Assembly: GCA_048884785.1 (NCBI GenBank)
Contig: JBHLQM010000052.1
Location: 1 to 11,860, forward strand
Length of the DNA stretch: 11,860 nt
Direction: 5' to 3'
From: Candidatus Thorarchaeota archaeon
Lineage (GTDB): Archaea > Asgardarchaeota > Thorarchaeia > Thorarchaeales > Thorarchaeaceae
How positions within the stretch are numbered: the stretch's first letter is position 1; each line of letters begins with the position of its first letter. Below the pieces are notes generated by a model that was given only the letters and a program-made list of their open reading frames with translations, searched no databases and was not told where the DNA came from. Shown in pieces: positions 6,896 to 11,860 of this stretch. The position numbers were made by a program, and so were the translations under genes.

Positions 6896-8119
6896 TCAAA
6901 ATCTTGTGTAGGAACAGAAGACATCCTCTGGAAATATTGCCTCGAGTTTCTCTGCACATTCCTTGGTACAGTCAATCTCATTGAATGCATGAAGCAATTT
7001 CGCCGGCGATATTCCTGATATCACCTGAGAAAGTTGGAATGGATTCAATGTAATATCTGGTGAGGCATTCGTCCGCTCTATGTGGAGTTTTCCATCTGCT
7101 GGTGTCAATCGATATGTTCCCTCATTCCAAGGACATTGATCCTCCTTGAGTTCCACTATTACAGGCTTTATCGCAACCGTTGGGATATTTATTGAATTAC
7201 AGTATCCTTCAAAGTCAATAACTCTCATCATCATAGATCCTATTTCTACAGATTGACCTCCTCTATAGATTGCGTTTTCCACATCTACTGACCGAATTTC
7301 AGAAAGATAATGCCGAACAGGAAATGCAATATCAGCATACCAATGGATTTCGTTCGCATTTGCTGCATAGTTACGGACTTGCTCTATTATTGAAGGGATG
7401 ACTTCTTCGTGTCTGTACGCTGTTGAAGACACAAGCAAGTCATTGCCTGGTGCTGATTTTGATTTTTCATATCTAAACCAAGCAGTTCCCACAGATTCTT
7501 CATTCTTTTCAAAAATCAGCATATTCCCCCCTTCGATCAACTCGTTGATGATGCGTCTAAAATGAGGGAACCGAGACCCGTACCGCGTCATAGAGAGCTC
7601 GATGTCTATGATATTCTCAACGTCATCAGCGGTGGCCTCTCTGCAGGAAATAGCTTGATTGGTTTTGCCAACTCGTAGGGCATCTCTTCTTATGGTATGC
7701 TTGGTACGCCTTTCAGCCAATGCATATCCAAACCGCTCGTAGAAAGGACGGTAGAAAGGATCTAAGATTGATAGTACTGCGTCTTCTTCCCTCATTTTTA
7801 CGAAAGCTAGGTCAAAGAGCTTTTTCACCAGCCCTTTCCGTCTGAAGTGTGGCATGGTTGCCACAGCCCAAACACCTCCAAAGGGAACTGGACGACCGCG
7901 AATTCTATTCTCGTCTGACACGAATAGCGAGAGATTTGCTACAACATTGTCACCATCTACAGCAACGTAAGCCCACTCCCTATTCTCCGGCCTGTGCCAG
8001 TTGCTGATCCACTTCTGTTTCAGAACATCTTCATAGTTACTTGTGGATTCAAATGCCTTCCATAATACTCGAACCGCACTTTTTCGGTCCTCTTCTCTGG
8101 CTTCGCGAACTTCAACCAT
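6896..8119 (-). CDS. Eis-like GNAT acetyltransferase (tandem GNAT plus C-terminal SCP2-like domain)
   Basis: GGVWAVATMPHFRRKGL acetyl-CoA motif, FYERFGY, MMRVID, D..CPWNEG.Y.L, LSQVISG. It is 407 aa long and ends in Phe, as Eis proteins do. Confidence 0.9.
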   Translation of the reverse strand: MVEVREAREEDRKSAVRVLWKAFESTSNYEDVLKQKWISNWHRPENREWAYVAVDGDNVVANLSLFVSDENRIRGRPVPFGGVWAVATMPHFRRKGLVKKLFDLAFVKMREEDAVLSILDPFYRPFYERFGYALAERRTKHTIRRDALRVGKTNQAISCREATADDVENIIDIELSMTRYGSRFPHFRRIINELIEGGNMLIFEKNEESVGTAWFRYEKSKSAPGNDLLVSSTAYRHEEVIPSIIEQVRNYAANANEIHWYADIAFPVRHYLSEIRSVDVENAIYRGGQSVEIGSMMMRVIDFEGYCNSINIPTVAIKPVIVELKEDQCPWNEGTYRLTPADGKLHIERTNASPDITLNPFQLSQVISGISPAKLLHAFNEIDCTKECAEKLEAIFPEDVFCSYTRF

Positions 8120-8138
8120 ACTAGCCTAACAATGACTA

Positions 8139-8156
8139 TTGTAAAAGACCTTTTCG
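8139..8156 (-). promoter_or_regulatory. Candidate BRE/TATA promoter for a leaderless Eis-like transcript
   Basis: The minus strand reads CGAAAAGGTC-TTTTACAA, with the TATA-like part about 20-27 nt before ATG 8119. No SD precedes the ATG. Confidence 0.35.
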
Positions 8157-8181
8157 GACACTGCCATTCTTGAGTAGCAGC

Positions 8182-8242
8182 AAGAGAGAAAAATGAACGC
8201 CGGGGGGAAATTCCTACTTCATAGAAAGAATAGGATTTCCCC
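8182..8242 (-). terminator. Stem-loop plus pyrimidine/T tract after the C13 peptidase gene
   Basis: Arms GGGGAAATTCCTA (8204-8216) and TAGGATTTCCCC (8231-8242) form 12 bp with one bulge, starting 16 nt after the stop. On the minus strand they are followed by TTTTTCTCTCTT (8193-8182). Confidence 0.6.
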
Positions 8243-8258
8243 GCCCTTGATTGGTATC

Positions 8259-9527
8259 TTATAGAAATATGTTATTTCCATACCAAGGTCCTGAGCCAAA
8301 GGCAACCTGAAGCACATTATAGCCAACACCATCGCCATTGTCGTTATACCATGGCGTTTCGGGTCTACTATCCATTGCTGCGGCCCAGATGAATGCCTCT
8401 CTCATAGAGATTAGGCTATCATTGTTGAAATCAGCATCAACTGTCGATCCATCACTATTCCATGGAAACCCGACAAGGGCAGACATAAAGTGATACACGA
8501 ACTCATCCCAATTGCCTTCTGTATCTGCTGAATACGAAGACTCATCGTCCTTGCATGCAGTAAGGATGACCCTATTCGCTGCACTGATGTATTGGATGAA
8601 TTTGCCAGAAACACACTGTTCCATGACAATTATCATATGATGGCAGGTGATAGAATCCAACCAATTATCTACCTGGGTTTGTGTCAATGCTCCACTTGGA
8701 TCTAGTGCATCCCATACACTGATGCCTCCACTTCCTCCGTGGTTTGTTGTATAGAAGAAGAGGCTATCCCTGAGCCCCATTTCCTCACTGAGAATTCCAA
8801 ATACTGTATCTAGCGAATCATGGGTTGCCGGGTAATCAACTGGAGTATACGTATCTTCTCCTACGCCATCCTTGTAAATTACGTAGATGTTTTCAGCTAG
8901 ATAGCCATGCATAAGCAGTATAAAGTGCATGTAAATAATGTCATTCCAGTATCGTGAATACGCCTTATCTGGCCTGATTCCTCCGCTGTACAGGACAGCA
9001 TACTTCTCAGCAGTTGGGTCCAAGATGTGTGGGATTTGTTCGAATTCCACATATGGACTCATCTTGAAATCATTGAAATTGCCAGCGTAGAGTGCGTCTG
9101 ATTCTTTCGCAACATGCCTCTCATATTGAATCCTTAGAGTCCCATCAGATGCATCAGCCACTTCTAGAACTCCTTTAACCTCGCACAACTTGCCCAGTGA
9201 ACTCTGCATGCTTTGCGGAACCGTTCCTCCTATCAGAACATAATTTCCTGAATTCAAGGAGTTGTTGAAATAGAATAGTGGATTCAGTACAAGCATATTG
9301 GCATCTGCCGCTATTATGTAATAGCCAGATAGAGTCACTGTCTTCCCAATGTAGTCCTCAGCGTTTCCGCCAGTAACATCACCGATGTTCAATGGAACAT
9401 CTGAAGTTGGCACAGATGGATTGAGAACCATAAAATAAAATACTGTGCCTGCGTTACTTGCAATAAGGACTAATACCAGTACTAAGAGACCTGTAGGCCT
9501 ACTCGATGCTTTCTTAGACTTAGACAT
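8259..9527 (-). CDS. Membrane-anchored peptidase family C13 (legumain/Gpi8-like, clan CD) protein
   Basis: KYAVLYSGG...RYWND, LFFYTTNHGG (catalytic His) and IIVMEQCVSG (catalytic Cys), NRVILTA, and an EF-hand-like DFNNDSLISMREAF. The N-terminus is basic and followed by a hydrophobic helix. I moved the start to ATG 9527 because GAGGTG (9539-9534) is an SD 6 nt upstream. Confidence 0.88.
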   Translation of the reverse strand: MSKSKKASSRPTGLLVLVLVLIASNAGTVFYFMVLNPSVPTSDVPLNIGDVTGGNAEDYIGKTVTLSGYYIIAADANMLVLNPLFYFNNSLNSGNYVLIGGTVPQSMQSSLGKLCEVKGVLEVADASDGTLRIQYERHVAKESDALYAGNFNDFKMSPYVEFEQIPHILDPTAEKYAVLYSGGIRPDKAYSRYWNDIIYMHFILLMHGYLAENIYVIYKDGVGEDTYTPVDYPATHDSLDTVFGILSEEMGLRDSLFFYTTNHGGSGGISVWDALDPSGALTQTQVDNWLDSITCHHMIIVMEQCVSGKFIQYISAANRVILTACKDDESSYSADTEGNWDEFVYHFMSALVGFPWNSDGSTVDADFNNDSLISMREAFIWAAAMDSRPETPWYNDNGDGVGYNVLQVAFGSGPWYGNNIFL

Positions 9528-9533
9528 CAAAAA

Positions 9534-9583
9534 CACCTCGATTTAGAAATTAAATATGGACCGTTGAGTGCTCTTGTTATAAA
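9534..9583 (-). promoter_or_regulatory. TATA box (TTTATAA, 9583-9577) and SD (GAGGTG, 9539-9534) for the C13 peptidase
   Basis: Motifs match archaeal consensus at plausible spacing. Confidence 0.5.
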
Positions 9584-9621
9584 CTAGTGCTTTTCTTTCA
9601 ATTTGAAACAATAAAGGGACT

Positions 9622-10380
9622 CTAAGCGGCGCGAGCTATTGCGGTAAGTCTGAACGAATTAAGTTTTGGCTCATCAAATGTTTCGCAATCGAAGATACCA
9701 ACGACATCGAATCCAGATCTAAGAAGCATTGTTCTCATTTCATTGGGTGAATAGATTCTTAGCTGATGAATTTCTGTATAATTATCAATCAATTCCTTGT
9801 CCTTCAGGACATAGGTGTCAAACTCTATTTCCAATGTGCATGACTCCAGATTCGGCTTAGATGATGAGAGCCTGATGATTTTGATATCATCACTCTCAGA
9901 GCGGTCCCAAGAGATGTGATTTGGTATGACTCCGGCTATATTCCAGAACTCAAAGAGAAAAATGCCTTCACGTTGGAGATGACTATGAATTGCTTTCAAA
10001 CCACTTAGCAAATCATCATCCGTTAGGAGGTATCCCATTGAGCCAAACATGCTGATGGCAGAATCAAACTTCTTATTGAATGAAAAGTTTCTAATATCAG
10101 CTACCACGAAGTCAGCCTTCTCCCCCTTTTTTGTAGCAGATTTCTTTTCTAAGGCAATAGCGATTTGACCTTCCGATAAATCAAGTCCAAGAACTGAATA
10201 CCCCCTCTGAGCAAGATTTAGTGCATGTGTGCCAGTCCCACATCCTAGATCAAGGACATTTGCTGGTTTGCTTGCTGAGTATTTTGTGAAAGCCTGCTCT
10301 ATGTAGTTACATTGTGACTCGTGATCCAGATTAGAGTAGATAATATCATAGTATCTGGCCATTTTATCGTAAACTGCCAT
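9622..10380 (-). CDS. Class I SAM-dependent methyltransferase (Methyltransf_25-like)
   Basis: Y...ARYYD, VLDLGCGTG, GLDLS, ADIR, FDSAISMFGS.GY and L...GIFLFE. ATG 10380 is preferred; TTG 10392 is the alternative start. Confidence 0.92.
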   Translation of the reverse strand: MAVYDKMARYYDIIYSNLDHESQCNYIEQAFTKYSASKPANVLDLGCGTGTHALNLAQRGYSVLGLDLSEGQIAIALEKKSATKKGEKADFVVADIRNFSFNKKFDSAISMFGSMGYLLTDDDLLSGLKAIHSHLQREGIFLFEFWNIAGVIPNHISWDRSESDDIKIIRLSSSKPNLESCTLEIEFDTYVLKDKELIDNYTEIHQLRIYSPNEMRTMLLRSGFDVVGIFDCETFDEPKLNSFRLTAIARAA

Positions 10381-10565
10381 AATGGTTCTCAATTAGGCGT
10401 CTTTTTTGAATTTATTGCTGAATCTTCAATAGGCAAGGAGTTGCTGAGCAAATTCCAAATCTGTTAGGAATAATAGGAGATGGATGAGATATGTACCAAA
10501 AATCTATGTAATCAATGACAATTAATAAATGAGCCATTGAGAGATGGTTTTGACGCGAAACAATA

Positions 10566-10588
10566 TTTGATGCATTATCCACATCAAA
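10566..10588. promoter_or_regulatory. Inverted repeat TTTGATG-N9-CATCAAA upstream of the GTPase pair
   Basis: Perfect 7-bp arms at 10566-10572 and 10582-10588, just ahead of SD AGGAG (10601-10605). Confidence 0.35.
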
Positions 10589-10615
10589 AAAACGGATCAT
10601 AGGAGAGCCAAGAAG

Positions 10616-11188
10616 ATGACACCCGCTGCCTCAGACGGAAGACAGTTTAAGACCGTCCTCATAGGTGACTCAGGCGTCGGGAAGACAAGCATCCGAAGGG
10701 AGTATATGGGTGAGAGTTTCATTTCAAGCCATCTGAGCACTCTGGGTGTTGATTTTGCTAGAAAAGATCTTGTTTACAAAATGGTCAAGACGCGATTGAT
10801 AATATGGGACCTTGCCGGGCAGCATGATTTCGAGAGTGTGAGAAAGCACTACTACCTAGGAAGTCACAGCATAATCCTTGTCTATTCAGTAATAGATAGG
10901 CAATCGTTCGACAATGCATCTAAATGGCTGGTCGAGGCCTACAAATACATGGGCAAACTGCCGCCAACTCTAGTACTTGGAAATAAGACCGATATTCGAG
11001 TTTCTTGTCCTGCAGAACAGCTCGTCAACTATGATGAGGGGAAGAAATTCACAGAGTATTACTCGGAGCGGCTAGAAGTTCCTGCGATTTTTTATGAAAC
11101 CTCTGCATTAACAGGCGAGAATATTCAGGTGGCATTCACAGAACTGATTGGTTTACTAATTGAAACATATCCAAAATGGTGGATGTAA
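10616..11188 (+). CDS. Rab-like Ras-superfamily small GTPase (copy 1)
   Basis: G1 GDSGVGKTS, G2 T in STLGVDF, G3 WDLAGQ, G4 GNKTD, G5 ETSAL. RabF-like segments LGVDF, RLIIW, YYLGS, LVYSV. No C-terminal Cys motif. Confidence 0.93.
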   Translation: MTPAASDGRQFKTVLIGDSGVGKTSIRREYMGESFISSHLSTLGVDFARKDLVYKMVKTRLIIWDLAGQHDFESVRKHYYLGSHSIILVYSVIDRQSFDNASKWLVEAYKYMGKLPPTLVLGNKTDIRVSCPAEQLVNYDEGKKFTEYYSERLEVPAIFYETSALTGENIQVAFTELIGLLIETYPKWWM

Positions 11189-11220
11189 GATTGCCTTTCA
11201 TTTGAGAACTATCCCAACTA

Positions 11221-11284
11221 GGCTTATTTGTAATATATTCAAGCCCTCCTTGGTGTATCAAGTAGCTTATTTGCTTTAGGGAGG
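11221..11284 (+). promoter_or_regulatory. Intergenic control region of GTPase copy 2 (TATA-like TAATATAT, direct repeat, SD GGGAGG)
   Basis: TAATATAT at 11231-11238 is flanked by GGCTT/AAGCC. GCTTATTTG occurs at 11222-11230 and 11265-11273. GGGAGG is at 11279-11284. Confidence 0.4.
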
Positions 11285-11296
11285 ACTACGAACAAT

Positions 11297-11857
11297 TTGA
11301 GCTTGACCCCTACTCGTGATAGGCAATTCAAGACTGTCCTCATAGGTGACACAGCCGTCGGAAAAACAAGTATTCGACGAAACTTCATGGGTCAGAGTTT
11401 CACGTCAAGCCACATTGCCACACTGGGCGTAGATTTCGCTCAGAAGTTGGTCGCGCATGAAAACGCAGACATCAGATTAGTCATTTGGGATCTCGCCGGA
11501 GAACATTCGTACGAAAATGTACGTAGAGGCTACTACTCCGGAGCTCATGGCATCATATTCGTCTATTCTGTAATAGATAAGAAAACCTTCGATAATTCTC
11601 AGCTTTGGTTCATAGAATTGAAGAAGTACATTCGAGACCTCCCCCCTGTAGCAATCATTGGCAACAAAGTTGACCTCAGAAGTAGTGCGGATCCTAGCTT
11701 AGTAGTAACGACGAAAGAAGGTAAGAAATTTGCTCAGCGTTTTTCCGAGAAGATGAAAGTACCTGTTTCTTTTTGGGAAACGTCAGCAAAAACAGGGGAG
11801 AACATCGACAACCTCTTTGAGGAATTAATAACCAATATGATTCTGGTCAACCCATGA
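11297..11857 (+). CDS. Rab-like Ras-superfamily small GTPase (copy 2)
   Basis: G1 GDTAVGKTS, ATLGVDF, G3 WDLAGE, G4 GNKVD, G5 ETSAK. It aligns to copy 1 without gaps. TTG start, TGA stop at 11855-11857. Confidence 0.93.
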   Translation: MSLTPTRDRQFKTVLIGDTAVGKTSIRRNFMGQSFTSSHIATLGVDFAQKLVAHENADIRLVIWDLAGEHSYENVRRGYYSGAHGIIFVYSVIDKKTFDNSQLWFIELKKYIRDLPPVAIIGNKVDLRSSADPSLVVTTKEGKKFAQRFSEKMKVPVSFWETSAKTGENIDNLFEELITNMILVNP

Positions 11858-11860
11858 ACT

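Noticed and set aside
6599-6959. ORF-track entries 6599..6781 (+) and 6636..6959 (-)
   Set aside because: These are shadow frames over the ferredoxin and the Eis 3' end, with no motifs.
8190-8246. Hairpin as a SECIS element or tRNA fragment
   Set aside because: The adjacent genes have no in-frame UGA. The ATGA lies in the loop rather than in a tandem G-A core, and there is no cloverleaf or T-loop.
370-8629. Remaining short ORFs nested in long genes (370..570, 2069..2266, 2362..2580, 2969..3328, 3130..3384, 3315..3521, 3950..4162, 4281..4559, 4292..4510, 4740..5177, 6185..6445, 8411..8629)
   Set aside because: They are antisense or alternate-frame shadows of well-supported genes, with no recognisable domains.
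10412-10600. 62-aa minus-strand ORF and tiny plus-strand ORFs (e.g. MRYVPKIYVINDN) in the divergent intergenic region as RiPP precursors
   Set aside because: They have no motifs or leader/core features and overlap likely promoter elements in AT-rich sequence.
10616-11857. Eukaryotic contamination, or assignment of specific Rab gene names
   Set aside because: The genes have SD sites, a TTG start, no introns, no prenylation motif and prokaryotic neighbours. G3 is DLAG and RabF3 is divergent, so no specific Rab orthology can be claimed.
1-11860. CRISPR array, IS element, tRNA or rRNA
   Set aside because: I saw no regularly spaced repeats, transposase or integrase motifs, terminal inverted repeats or RNA-gene signatures, and the intergenic gaps are short.

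Overview
Gene-dense archaeal window, most likely from an Asgard archaeon, plausibly Thorarchaeia. This is an inference from the Rab-like small GTPases without prenylation motifs, GGTGA/GGAGG ribosome-binding sites, TATA-type promoters and a C-terminally anchored, sequon-rich solute-binding protein. Gene order: a 5'-truncated family-5 (Opp/Dpp) solute-binding protein whose halves appear in permuted order; an SplB/Rv2578c-like radical SAM protein with a PIP-box-like insertion and a degenerate PolX-type C-terminal helical domain; tldD-tldE(pmbA); a divergent SAM-methyltransferase-like gene (-); a 61-aa 2[4Fe-4S] ferredoxin missing from the ORF track, with an apparent ATT start; an Eis-like GNAT (-); a membrane-anchored C13 (legumain/Gpi8-family) peptidase (-) followed by a strong hairpin; a class I methyltransferase (-); and two tandem Rab-like GTPase paralogues, about 54% identical, one with Q->E in G3. 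I found no RNA genes, CRISPR arrays or mobile elements.
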